Shown piece after piece: positions 55,792 through 64,000 of a DNA stretch of 64,000 nucleotides. Source of the stretch: Pseudomonadota bacterium. Lineage in GTDB: Bacteria > Pseudomonadota > Gammaproteobacteria > Burkholderiales > Burkholderiaceae_E. Position 1 is the first letter of the stretch; each line of letters opens with the position of its first letter. The DNA is taken from assembly GCA_023389055.1 (NCBI GenBank), contig JAEWFA010000013.1, positions 11,361 to 75,360 on the forward strand. The letters are read 5' to 3'. A program made the position numbers and the translations under genes. Under the pieces are notes generated by a model. That model did no database searches. It was not told the origin of the DNA and saw nothing but the letters and a program-made list of their open reading frames with translations.

Positions 55792-57135
55792 ATGAACCGA
55801 AGACAAGGTCGGGGCGTCGCCGTGTGGGCGCGCGCATCGTTGGTGGCGATGACGCTCGCGGGCGGGGTGCTCGCCTGGACGTCGGCCGGGGCCGTCACCG
55901 AGATCCAGTGGTGGCACTCGATGACCGGCGCGAACAACGATCGCGTCAACAGCCTCGCCGAGCGGTTCAGCAAGAGCCAGTCCGACTACAAGGTCACGGC
56001 GGTCTACAAGGGCTCGTATCCCGAATCGATGACCCAGGCGATCGCAGCCCTTCGTGCGGGCAATGCGCCGCACATCGTGCAGGTGTTCGAGGTGGGCACC
56101 GCGACGATGATGGCGGCCAAGGGTGCGATCGTTCCGGTCGAGAAGCTGATGAAGGACGCCGGCGAGAAGTTCGATCGCGCAGCGTACGTGCCGGCGGTGG
56201 CGGCCTTCTACACGACGCGCAAGGGCGAGATGCTGTCGTTTCCGTTCAACAGTTCCACCACGGTCTTCTACTACAACAAGGACGCGTTGAAGAAGGCCGG
56301 CGTCGACAAGGTGCCCGAGACGTGGAGCGAGGTCGCCGCCGCGGCGGCGAAGGTCAAGGCTTCCGGAGCCTCCTCGTGCCCGTACACGTCGAGCTGGGCG
56401 AGCTGGGTGCACATGGAGAGCTTCTCGGCCTGGCACAACACGCTGTTCGCCAGCGAGAACAACGGCTTCGGCGGCCTGAAGGCGCGCCTGCTGGTGAATA
56501 CGCCGCTGTTCGAGCGGCACATGAAGAACCTGCTCGAATGGTCCAAGCAGGGTCTGTTCGTCTATCCGGGGCGCACCACCGAGGGCGACGCGAAGTTCTA
56601 CAGCGGCGAGTGCGCAATGTTCACCGGCAGCTCGTCCACCTACGGCAACGTCAAGCGCAATGCGAAGTTCGACTTCGGCATCTCGAAGCTGCCGTATTAC
56701 TCCGACGTGCAAGGCGCACCGCAGAACACCGTCATCGGCGGCGCGAGCCTGTGGGTGATGAGCGGCAAGTCCGCCGACGAGTACAAGGGCATCGCGAAGT
56801 TCTTCACCTTCCTGTCGTCGCCGGAAATCCAGGCCGAGTGGCACCAGGCCACGGGCTACCTGCCGTTGACGATCCCGGCCTACGAGCTCACCAGGAAGTC
56901 CGGCTTCTACGAGAAGAACCCGGGCACCGACGTGCCGGTGCAGCAGATGATCGTCAAGACGACCGAGAAGTCGCGCGGCGTGCGGCTGGGCAACATGGTC
57001 CAGATTCGCGACATCATCCACGAGGAGATGGAATCGATGCTCGCCGGCAAGCAGGATCCGAAGACGGCGCTGGCGAACATGAAGCGCCGCGGCGACGAGC
57101 AACTGGTGCGCTTCGAGCGCACGGCACGGGAGTAG
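55792..57135 (+). CDS. ugpB: sn-glycerol-3-phosphate ABC transporter substrate-binding protein
   Basis: EIQWWHSM, QVFEVGTATMM, PFNSST, IGGASLW, WHQATGYLP. Confidence 0.92.
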   Translation: MNRRQGRGVAVWARASLVAMTLAGGVLAWTSAGAVTEIQWWHSMTGANNDRVNSLAERFSKSQSDYKVTAVYKGSYPESMTQAIAALRAGNAPHIVQVFEVGTATMMAAKGAIVPVEKLMKDAGEKFDRAAYVPAVAAFYTTRKGEMLSFPFNSSTTVFYYNKDALKKAGVDKVPETWSEVAAAAAKVKASGASSCPYTSSWASWVHMESFSAWHNTLFASENNGFGGLKARLLVNTPLFERHMKNLLEWSKQGLFVYPGRTTEGDAKFYSGECAMFTGSSSTYGNVKRNAKFDFGISKLPYYSDVQGAPQNTVIGGASLWVMSGKSADEYKGIAKFFTFLSSPEIQAEWHQATGYLPLTIPAYELTRKSGFYEKNPGTDVPVQQMIVKTTEKSRGVRLGNMVQIRDIIHEEMESMLAGKQDPKTALANMKRRGDEQLVRFERTARE

Positions 57136-57141
57136 CGCACC

Positions 57142-58026
57142 CTGGAAAAGCGCGTTCTCTTCGGCGCGGCCGGGTGGCTCCCGGCCGCGCTGCTCGCGCC
57201 GCAACTGGCGATCGTCCTGGTCTTCTTCTACTGGCCGGCGTCGCAGGCGCTGTTCCAGTCGGTGTTCCTGCAGGACGCCTTCGGGCTGAGCCGCGAGTTC
57301 GTCGGCCTGGAGAATTTCCGCTACCTGTTCGCCGACGAGCTGTACCTGTACTCGTTCCAGGTGACGGCGGTGTTCTCGGTCGCGGTCACCGTGGTCGGGC
57401 TCGCGCTGAGCCTGGCGCTCGCGTATTTCGCCGACCGCGCGATCCGCGGCGCCTATGCCTTTCGCACGCTGCTGATCGTGCCGTACGCGGTTGCTCCGGC
57501 GATCGCCGGCGTGCTGTGGATTTTCCTGTTCAATCCGACGCTGGGCATCGTCTCGCATTGGCTGCGCGGTGCGGGCATCGAGTGGAACCACGTGCTCGAC
57601 GGTGGCCAGGCGATGATCCTGATCGTCATCGCCGCCGTCTGGAAGCAGGTCAGCTACAACTTCATCTTCTTCCTCGCAGGCCTGCAGTCGATTCCGAAGT
57701 CGCTGCTCGAGGCGGCTGCGATCGACGGCGCAGGTGCGTGGCGCACGTTCCGCTCGGTGATCTTCCCGCTGCTGTCGCCGACGACCTTCTTTCTTCTCGT
57801 CGTCAACGTCGTCTACGCGTTCTTCGACACGTTCGCGATCGTCGACGCCGCCACCGGCGGCGGGCCGGCAAAGGCCACCGAGATCCTCGTCTACAAGGTG
57901 TTCAACGACGGCTTCAAGGCGCTCGACATCGGCAGTTCCGCGGCGCAGTCGGTGATCCTGATGATCATCGTGCTCGCGCTGACGGTGGTCCAGTTCCGCT
58001 ACGTCGAGCGGCGCGTGCGCTACTGA
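57142..58026 (+). CDS. ugpA: sn-glycerol-3-phosphate ABC transporter permease (probable CTG start)
   Basis: (M)EKRVLF...LLAPQL...FFYWPA upstream of tracked ORF; EAA motif [17 protein letters not shown]. Confidence 0.9.
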   Translation: MEKRVLFGAAGWLPAALLAPQLAIVLVFFYWPASQALFQSVFLQDAFGLSREFVGLENFRYLFADELYLYSFQVTAVFSVAVTVVGLALSLALAYFADRAIRGAYAFRTLLIVPYAVAPAIAGVLWIFLFNPTLGIVSHWLRGAGIEWNHVLDGGQAMILIVIAAVWKQVSYNFIFFLAGLQSIPKSLLEAAAIDGAGAWRTFRSVIFPLLSPTTFFLLVVNVVYAFFDTFAIVDAATGGGPAKATEILVYKVFNDGFKALDIGSSAAQSVILMIIVLALTVVQFRYVERRVRY

Positions 58027-58045
58027 GAACACATTCCGTCCCGTC

Positions 58046-58891
58046 ATGCCCGGTCGCAGCCTTTCCGCCCGCATCCTCACCTACGTCGTGCTGGCGCTCG
58101 GCGTGCTCGTCGTCGCGTTTCCGGTCTGGGTGACCTTCGTCGCGTCGACCAAGACGCTCGACGAAGTGCAAACGGTGCCGATGTCGCTGCTGCCCGGCAC
58201 GCAACTGCTGCGGAACTACGCCGAAGTGCTCGCCTCCGGAGCGGGGAACACCACTGCGCCGGTTGCCCGGATGATGGGCAACAGCCTGGTGATGGCGCTG
58301 GTCATCGCGATCGGCAAGATCGCGATCTCGCTGCTGTCGGCCTTCGCGCTGATCTACTTCCGCTTCCCGCTGCGGCGGACCGCGTTCTGGTTGATCTTCG
58401 TCACGCTGATGCTGCCGGTCGAGGTGCGCATCATGCCCACCTACCAGGTGATGGCCGACCTGCACCTGATCGACACCTATGCGGGGCTCACGCTGCCGCT
58501 GATCGCGTCGGCCACGGCGACCTTCCTGTTCCGGCAGTTCTTCATGACGGTTCCCGACGAACTCGCCGAGGCGGCGAAGATCGACGGCGCGGGGCCCATG
58601 CGCTTCTTCTGGAATGTGTTGCTGCCGCTGTCGCGCACGAGCATCGCGGCGCTGTTCGTCATTCAGTTCGTCTATGGCTGGAACCAGTACCTGTGGCCAC
58701 TGCTGGTCACCACGCAGGAGTCGATGTATCCGGTGGTGATCGGCATCAAGCGGATGATCGCCGGCGGCGACGCGGCCACCGAGTGGCATCTCGTGATGGC
58801 CACCGCCATCCTCGCGATGCTGCCGCCGGTGCTCGTCGTCGTGCTGATGCAGAAATGGTTCGTCAAGGGCCTCGTCGAGTCGGACAAATGA
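58046..58891 (+). CDS. ugpE: sn-glycerol-3-phosphate ABC transporter permease
   Basis: TLMLPVEVRI, EAAKIDGAG, WNQYLWPL, FVKGLVESDK. Confidence 0.93.
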   Translation: MPGRSLSARILTYVVLALGVLVVAFPVWVTFVASTKTLDEVQTVPMSLLPGTQLLRNYAEVLASGAGNTTAPVARMMGNSLVMALVIAIGKIAISLLSAFALIYFRFPLRRTAFWLIFVTLMLPVEVRIMPTYQVMADLHLIDTYAGLTLPLIASATATFLFRQFFMTVPDELAEAAKIDGAGPMRFFWNVLLPLSRTSIAALFVIQFVYGWNQYLWPLLVTTQESMYPVVIGIKRMIAGGDAATEWHLVMATAILAMLPPVLVVVLMQKWFVKGLVESDK

Positions 58892-58925
58892 GCCCGTGCC
58901 GGCACGGCGTTCGGGAGCGCACGTC

Positions 58926-59699
58926 GTGAGTGCGCCGCGTCGTCGGCATTCGCGCGTTTCGTTCTCCGACTGGCCGTACCCGGCCTTCGTCGCGCATCGC
59001 GGCGCCGGGCGCCTGGCGCCCGAGAACACACTGGCGGCGCTGCGCACCGGTCATTCGTTCGGCTATCGGATGTTCGAGGTCGACGCGAAGCTGTCGGGCG
59101 ACGGCGTCGCGCTGCTGATGCACGACGCGACGCTCGATCGCACGACCGACGGACGCGGGCGCGTCGACGCACAGCCGTTTTCCGCGCTCGCCCGGCTCGA
59201 CGCCGGCCGCTGGCATTCGGCGGGCTTCGCCGGCGAAGGCATTCCGACGCTCGAGCGCGTTGCGCGCTGGGTTCTCGCCAACGACGCGATGCTCAACATC
59301 GAGATCAAGCCGTCGCCCGGCCGCGAGCGCGAGACGGGCGCGGCAGTCGCGCTCGATGCGCGGCAGGCATGGGGCGACGCCGCAGTGCCGCCGCTGCTCT
59401 CGTCGTTTTCCTCGACGGCGCTCGAGGCGGCGTGCGAGGTCGCCCCCGAGTTGCCGCGCGCGCTGCTGCTGGCCGAGCTGCCCGGCGACTGGCTCGATCG
59501 CTGCAGGGCGCTCGGTTGCGTCGCGGTGGATGCGGATCACTCCCGGCTCGATGCCGCGCGCATCGCGCAGGCGCACGATGCCTCGCTGCGTGTGCTCGCG
59601 TATACGGTCAACGAGCCGGCCCGAGCGGCCGAACTCTTCGACGCGGGGCTGGACGTGCTGATCACCGACGCGGTCGATCGGATCGGGCCGGCGCGCTGA
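58926..59699 (+). CDS. ugpQ: Glycerophosphodiester phosphodiesterase
   Basis: WPYP..VAHRGAG..APENT, EVD, HDATLDRT, NIEIK, ITD; start uncertain. Confidence 0.9.
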   Translation: MSAPRRRHSRVSFSDWPYPAFVAHRGAGRLAPENTLAALRTGHSFGYRMFEVDAKLSGDGVALLMHDATLDRTTDGRGRVDAQPFSALARLDAGRWHSAGFAGEGIPTLERVARWVLANDAMLNIEIKPSPGRERETGAAVALDARQAWGDAAVPPLLSSFSSTALEAACEVAPELPRALLLAELPGDWLDRCRALGCVAVDADHSRLDAARIAQAHDASLRVLAYTVNEPARAAELFDAGLDVLITDAVDRIGPAR

Positions 59700-59734
59700 G
59701 GGCGCGCTGGGTGCGGGCACGTCGAGTGCTGCCC

Positions 59735-59748
59735 TTGACCCCGATCAA
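59735..59748. promoter_or_regulatory. FNR/ANR/DNR-type binding site
   Basis: TTGAC-CCCG-ATCAA (consensus TTGAT-N4-ATCAA) with a -10-like TACGAT at 59770-59775. Confidence 0.65.
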
Positions 59749-59795
59749 CGCCGGTGTCGGGTTCCGACGTACGATGCGGCTGCGGAGGTTCCCGA

Positions 59796-60179
59796 ATGTC
59801 CCTGTCACAAGAGCAACTCGATCAGATCGTCGCGCAGATTCGCAGCCGCCTCGCCGTGCTCGAGGAGGATATCGCGCGCAAGCTGGGCGAGAGCGCCGGG
59901 AATTTCTCCAGCATCGGCGGGCCCGGCGATGCCGGCGACCTGGGTTCGATGCTCACCGAAACCGAGGTCGATCTTTCCGAAGCCAGGCGTGACGTAGACG
60001 AATGGCGCGGGTTGCGCGCATCGTTGCGCCGCGTCGACGAAGGCACCTACGGCGTGTGCACCGAGTGCGGCGTGGAGATTCCTTTCGATCGCCTGGTCGC
60101 GGCGCCGCTTGCGCATCGCTGCGTCGATTGCCAGGCAATCGCCGAAAAGCGCGAGCGAACTTTTCCGGGCCAGGGCTGA
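59796..60179 (+). CDS. TraR/DksA family C4 zinc-finger protein
   Basis: Coiled coil with DAGD, GTYGVCTECG...RCVDCQ; RBS GGAGG. Confidence 0.88.
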   Translation: MSLSQEQLDQIVAQIRSRLAVLEEDIARKLGESAGNFSSIGGPGDAGDLGSMLTETEVDLSEARRDVDEWRGLRASLRRVDEGTYGVCTECGVEIPFDRLVAAPLAHRCVDCQAIAEKRERTFPGQG

Positions 60180-60202
60180 GAAGGGTTCCCCTTCCTGTCC
60201 TC

Positions 60203-61765
60203 TCATCCGAACCTTCCCTGCACGAACCAGCCGCGCCGGCCGTCGGTTGCCGATCGCTCCCGATAGATCCAGTACAGCGCGTGCTCGTCGTCTTCGGCGA
60301 TGAAGTAGTCGCGCTGCATCAGCGAGTCGTCCCACCAGCCGCCTTCAATGCGTTCGGGGCCGGCCAGCAGCCGTAATGGCGAATGCCACCACGGGCGGTT
60401 GTTGCGCTCGGACAGGGCGATCGGACGATCGAGCAGCCATAGCGGGCGCGGCAGCGACGCTGCCGGAGGCGAGGCGTCCGGGGAGGGCGTTCGTTGCGGC
60501 TTGGACGTTTCCGGGCGCAACGTTTCCGGGCGCAACATGGCCGGGGCCCGATCGACCGCGAGTCCGGATGCGTCGATCGGCTCGATCCGGTATGCGGCTT
60601 CGGGCCGGTGGTCGGCGGCGAGCCGCAGTCGCTGGACGCGTGCCGGTCCGAGGCGCGCCTGCAATCGTTCGATGAGGCGACGCAGGTTCTCGCTCGCCGC
60701 CCCCGGCGTGGGGAACAACTCGCCGCTGCTGTCGCCCAGCACGACGATGTCCGCGCAGCGCAATCGCAATGTATGGGCCGCTTCCGGCAGACGGGTGACG
60801 GACAGCCTCTCTCGCAGCAGTGCGAGCAGGCGTTCGGAGTCGCGCGTGGGATCGGCGAGCCGGATTTCGATAAGCGTGTCGTCGTGCTCGTCGTGCTCGA
60901 CGTGCAGCGTGAAGGCGCGGATCGCGCCGTGGCGCGCGCCGAGCCAGCCGGCCATCGGGTCGAGCAGGCGCCGGGCGGCGAACACGAGCGCCTCGGCGTG
61001 CTCGACGTGGGCAAGCAACTCGATGCGCAGATCGAATTCGGGGGGAGCCTCGAACCATCGTCTCGGCTCGGGCAGGCGGCCGAGCGCGCGATCCAGCTCG
61101 TCGAGCAACGCGCCGCCCAGGCGACGGGCGATCGCCGCGCGCGGCAGCGCAAGCAGATCGCACACGCGGCGTACGTCGATCGAATCGAGCAGCTCGCGCT
61201 GCGCGCGCGTGCGCGCGAGCAGGCGTGCCGGCAGCGCACCGATGCGCTGTTCGAGGTGCGCCGTCGAGGCAAACGAAGCGTCGCAATGGCGCGCGAGGAG
61301 CCACGCGGCGCTTGCCGTGGGTGCGGCGCCGATGCGGACGCGATACCCGAGCGAGTGAAGGCCGTCGCGCACGCGCCCGAACAATGCCCGGAAGCCGCCG
61401 AAATAGCGCAGGCTCGGCGCCACTTCGGCGAGCAGCCCGCACGACGACGGGTCATCGTCGAACGCGTCGAAAGCGAGGTCGGATTGCAGGCTCACCGACG
61501 GAGTGAACTGCTGCATCCAGGCGGCGACGGATTCGAGAGCCCTGCGTTCGGCGTCGAGGTCGCGTTCGAGCAACGGCAGAGAAGGTACGAGCGCCTGCGC
61601 CGCAGCGCGCTTCAATCCGGGGGCGATGCCCTGTGCGCGCGCGGCATCGGTTGCGTCGAGCACGAAGAGCCGGTTGCACAACGCGAGCGCCGTGTCGGGC
61701 ACGGCCGTACCGCGTTCGACGATGTCGAGCGACAGCCGTTCGAAGAACAGACCCAGCCACCACAC
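60203..61765 (-). CDS. imuB: Y-family polymerase-like mutasome protein ImuB
   Basis: QFTPSVS, APTASAAWLLAR, LIERLQARLG, DHRPE, RPLWLL, GPERIEGGWW, RDYFIA; RBS GAGGAG. Confidence 0.92.
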   Translation of the reverse strand: MWWLGLFFERLSLDIVERGTAVPDTALALCNRLFVLDATDAARAQGIAPGLKRAAAQALVPSLPLLERDLDAERRALESVAAWMQQFTPSVSLQSDLAFDAFDDDPSSCGLLAEVAPSLRYFGGFRALFGRVRDGLHSLGYRVRIGAAPTASAAWLLARHCDASFASTAHLEQRIGALPARLLARTRAQRELLDSIDVRRVCDLLALPRAAIARRLGGALLDELDRALGRLPEPRRWFEAPPEFDLRIELLAHVEHAEALVFAARRLLDPMAGWLGARHGAIRAFTLHVEHDEHDDTLIEIRLADPTRDSERLLALLRERLSVTRLPEAAHTLRLRCADIVVLGDSSGELFPTPGAASENLRRLIERLQARLGPARVQRLRLAADHRPEAAYRIEPIDASGLAVDRAPAMLRPETLRPETSKPQRTPSPDASPPAASLPRPLWLLDRPIALSERNNRPWWHSPLRLLAGPERIEGGWWDDSLMQRDYFIAEDDEHALYWIYRERSATDGRRGWFVQGRFG

Positions 61766-61775
61766 GAGGCACTCC

Positions 61776-62543
61776 TCACCGCGTTTCCCGCAGCGCGATC
61801 GGCTCGCCGGAACGGGGATGCTGCGTCTCGTACGACGAAGCCTCGGCTGCTCCGCCATGGATGGTGTGCAGGGGCATCGGTGCCGCCGTTTCGGCAGCGG
61901 CGTACGAGCGCAGCCGGATGGACGACAGCGGCCGGGGCAGGTCGACGAGGATCGGATCGGCGACGACCGGTCCTCGGCGCTTGAGGATCTGCACCGAAAG
62001 GCGCTGCTCGGCACGCGGCAGCAACAGCAGGCGCAACGGCGCAGGAGACGCGTCGAACTGTGCCTCGAGCGAACGGAACAGGAACACCGGGCCGTGAGTG
62101 CCTTGTGCGGCCAGTTGCATGCGGCGCAGATGCTCGGGGCGCGTGCGCGGCTGCGGCAGCCAGGCGAGCAGCGCACCGAAACCGCTGCTCTTCAGCGTCT
62201 GCTCCACCGCCCACAGCCGATCGGCCGCCTGGGCGGCCTGCACGATCAGCAGGTAATCGAGATCGATGCCGTGACCGGCCAATGCGGGCGCATAAGGGGT
62301 CTGCGGCGGACCGAGCACGACGACGAAGCGGCGTTCCCGGGTGAGTCGACGCAACAGCGGCACGAGCAGCCGCAACTCGCCGATGCCCGATTCGCGGCTG
62401 ATCAGCTCGGTGAGCATCCCGGTGGGCCAGCCTGCGCCGGGCAACTCGGCATCGAGCGCCGCAAAGCCGCTGGGCAATGCCTGCACGGCGGCATGGCCGA
62501 TGCGACTGGCTTGCCAGACCGCTGCGGGCAGGGGGGAGGACAT
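61776..62543 (-). CDS. imuA: Mutasome protein ImuA
   Basis: LPSGFAALDAELPGAGWP, GIGELRLLVP, LWAVEQ, LRRMQLAA, ILKRRG. Confidence 0.92.
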   Translation of the reverse strand: MSSPLPAAVWQASRIGHAAVQALPSGFAALDAELPGAGWPTGMLTELISRESGIGELRLLVPLLRRLTRERRFVVVLGPPQTPYAPALAGHGIDLDYLLIVQAAQAADRLWAVEQTLKSSGFGALLAWLPQPRTRPEHLRRMQLAAQGTHGPVFLFRSLEAQFDASPAPLRLLLLPRAEQRLSVQILKRRGPVVADPILVDLPRPLSSIRLRSYAAAETAAPMPLHTIHGGAAEASSYETQHPRSGEPIALRETR

Positions 62544-62553
62544 GGCCGTTTCC

Positions 62554-63195
62554 TCACAGCTTGCCGCTGCGCAGCAGCCCGACGGCGATGCCCTCGAGCG
62601 AGAAGGCATCGGTGCGCGAGTCGACGACGATGGGTTGGAAATCGGGATTCTCGGGCAGCAACTCGACCGTGTTGCCGCGGCGCCGCCAGCGCTTGACGGT
62701 GACGTCGTCGCCGACGCGCGCGACGACGATCTGCCCGTTGCGCGCCTCGTGCGCCTGGCGCACGGCGAGCAGGTCGCCGTCGAGGATGCCCGCATCGCGC
62801 ATGCTCATGCCGCGCACGCGCAGCAGGTAGTCGGGCGCTTCGGAGAACAGATTCGGATCGACCGCATAGCTGGCCTCGACGTGCTCCTGCGCCAGGATGG
62901 GACTTCCCGCGGCGACGCGACCGACGAGGGGCAGGCTCGACACCACCTGCACCGCGCTCGAGGACCTGTTCGGTGCATCGGTCACCCGTTTCAGGCGGAT
63001 GCCGCGCGACGCGCCGGCCGTGAGTTCGATGACGCCCTTGCGCGCCAGGGCCTTCAGGTGCTCTTCGGCGGCATTGGCCGAGCGAAAGCCCAACTGCGCA
63101 GCGATCTCCGCCCGGGTTGGCGGAAAGCCCGTATCGGCGATGTGCTGGCGGATCAGCGAAAGGATCTGCTGCTGGCGGGGAGTCAGGGCGTGCAT
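62554..63195 (-). CDS. lexA: SOS repressor LexA
   Basis: [21 protein letters not shown], cleavage site VAAG, catalytic GMSM and VTVK. Confidence 0.96.
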   Translation of the reverse strand: MHALTPRQQQILSLIRQHIADTGFPPTRAEIAAQLGFRSANAAEEHLKALARKGVIELTAGASRGIRLKRVTDAPNRSSSAVQVVSSLPLVGRVAAGSPILAQEHVEASYAVDPNLFSEAPDYLLRVRGMSMRDAGILDGDLLAVRQAHEARNGQIVVARVGDDVTVKRWRRRGNTVELLPENPDFQPIVVDSRTDAFSLEGIAVGLLRSGKL

Positions 63196-63199
63196 GTTT

Positions 63200-63234
63200 T
63201 GAGAAGTGAAGGGGGAAGGGTGAAGGGTGAAGGG
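63200..63234 (+). repeat. Degenerate heptamer array (TGAAGGG-type x5)
   Basis: TGAGAAG TGAAGGG GGAAGGG TGAAGGG TGAAGGG immediately upstream of the lexA start. Confidence 0.85.
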
Positions 63235-63268
63235 GCCGAGCCCCCGCTTCATGCTTCGCTCTTTGAAA

Positions 63269-63284
63269 CTGTATTTTCATACAG
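63269..63284. promoter_or_regulatory. LexA SOS box upstream of lexA-imuA-imuB
   Basis: CTGT-ATTTTCAT-ACAG. Confidence 0.9.
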
Positions 63285-63332
63285 TACACCTTTTCCCCCC
63301 GGATTGCACCATTCCCCGCAGCCGGCTCAGCC

Positions 63333-63361
63333 CCCTTCACCCTTCACGCCTTCTCCCTTCT
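63333..63361 (-). repeat. Inverted heptamer array (CCCTTCA-type on + strand)
   Basis: CCCTTCA CCCTTCA CGCCTTCT CCCTTCT, reverse complement of the TGAAGGG unit. Confidence 0.8.
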
Positions 63362-63589
63362 CTTCCTCAAGCAGGCCCTTCGTTTGCCGAGCGCATTTCC
63401 GCGATGGCGCCTTCGGCACTCATGCCTGTTTCCGACTCCGCAGTTCGGGCTGTCTGTGCATCCGTGAGCGTTTGTGGCAAAGTCGAAAAACGGACCGGTC
63501 CATCCGGCTCGCGGAGTTGCATTTCTCGGTCTGCTGGATCGGTGTTCCTCGAAATGCAATGAGGCTAACGGTTCGAGGAAACTCTCTCG

Positions 63590-64000
63590 ATGGGTACGAA
63601 GATCTATGTAGGCAACCTGCCGTGGCGCGCAACCGATGCACAGTTGTCGCAGCTGTTCGGCAGTCACGGTGAAGTCACGGATGCGAAGATCGTCACCGAC
63701 CGCGAAACCGGACGATCGCGCGGTTTCGGTTTCGTCACGATGACTTCCGACGACGCGGCGCAGGCCGCCATCCGCGCGCTGAACGGCTACTCGCTCGAAG
63801 GCCGCAGCCTGGTCGTCAACGAAGCACGCGAGCAGGGCGGCGGCGGCGGTCGTCGTCCGGGCGGCTACGGCGGCGGCGGCGGTGGCGGCGGCTACGGTGG
63901 CGGTGGAGGCGGCTACGGCGGCAGCGGCGGCGGTGGCGGCTACGGTCGCGGCGGCGGTGGCGGAAGTGGTGGCGGCGGCGGAGGCGGCTACGGCGACCGC
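63590..64000 (+). CDS. Glycine-rich RRM RNA-binding protein (3'-truncated; absent from ORF track)
   Basis: Translated by hand: MGTKIYVGNL (RNP2), RSRGFGFV (RNP1), then GGYGG repeats; RBS GAGGA. Confidence 0.93.
   Translation, partial: MGTKIYVGNLPWRATDAQLSQLFGSHGEVTDAKIVTDRETGRSRGFGFVTMTSDDAAQAAIRALNGYSLEGRSLVVNEAREQGGGGGRRPGGYGGGGGGGGYGGGGGGYGGSGGGGGYGRGGGGGSGGGGGGGYGDR

Noticed and set aside
60505..60534. 15-nt duplication in imuB (LRPET x2)
   Set aside because: In-frame duplication within a variable linker.
62554..63195. lexA as the LexA2 paralogue typical of some imu cassettes
   Set aside because: Recognition helix and the upstream CTGT-N8-ACAG box are canonical LexA type.
63835..64000. 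GGC-rich repeat at the window end
   Set aside because: Encodes the glycine-rich tail of the RRM protein.

Overview
High-GC chromosomal window, most likely from a betaproteobacterium (Burkholderiales-like). This is inferred from the leuCDB-asd-fimV-truA-trpFBA-accD-folC-dedD-cvpA-purF-metZ gene order and the CTGT-N8-ACAG SOS boxes. Bases 1-26.4 kb are accessory-looking: a sufBCDSUT operon followed by sdhC-sdhD-sdhB with no sdhA, a small cytochrome c, DUF808, a Pat-type acetyltransferase, a hybrid kinase, an orphan ABC binding protein ahead of a TRAP transporter, a 1048-aa amidase + alpha/beta-hydrolase + metacaspase fusion divergent from a COQ8/ABC1 kinase, ChaB, and Ku coupled to a MerR-HTH/TPR protein, ending at tRNA-Val(CAC). 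Bases 26.6-48.5 kb are housekeeping genes. Bases 48.5-64 kb hold a split SOS mutasome (dnaE2 with its own SOS box; lexA-imuA-imuB about 8.5 kb away). The gap contains eutBC, a DMT transporter, a UdgX-like glycosylase, ugpBAE-Q and a DksA/TraR gene with an FNR-type box. The window ends in a Gly-rich RRM gene with a switch-like leader. Best candidates for undescribed systems are the amidase-hydrolase-caspase fusion, the Ku + HTH-TPR pair, the SUF-linked sdhCDB module and the RRM leader. No CRISPR array, integrase, transposase or rRNA was seen. All calls come from reading motifs by eye; no searches were run.
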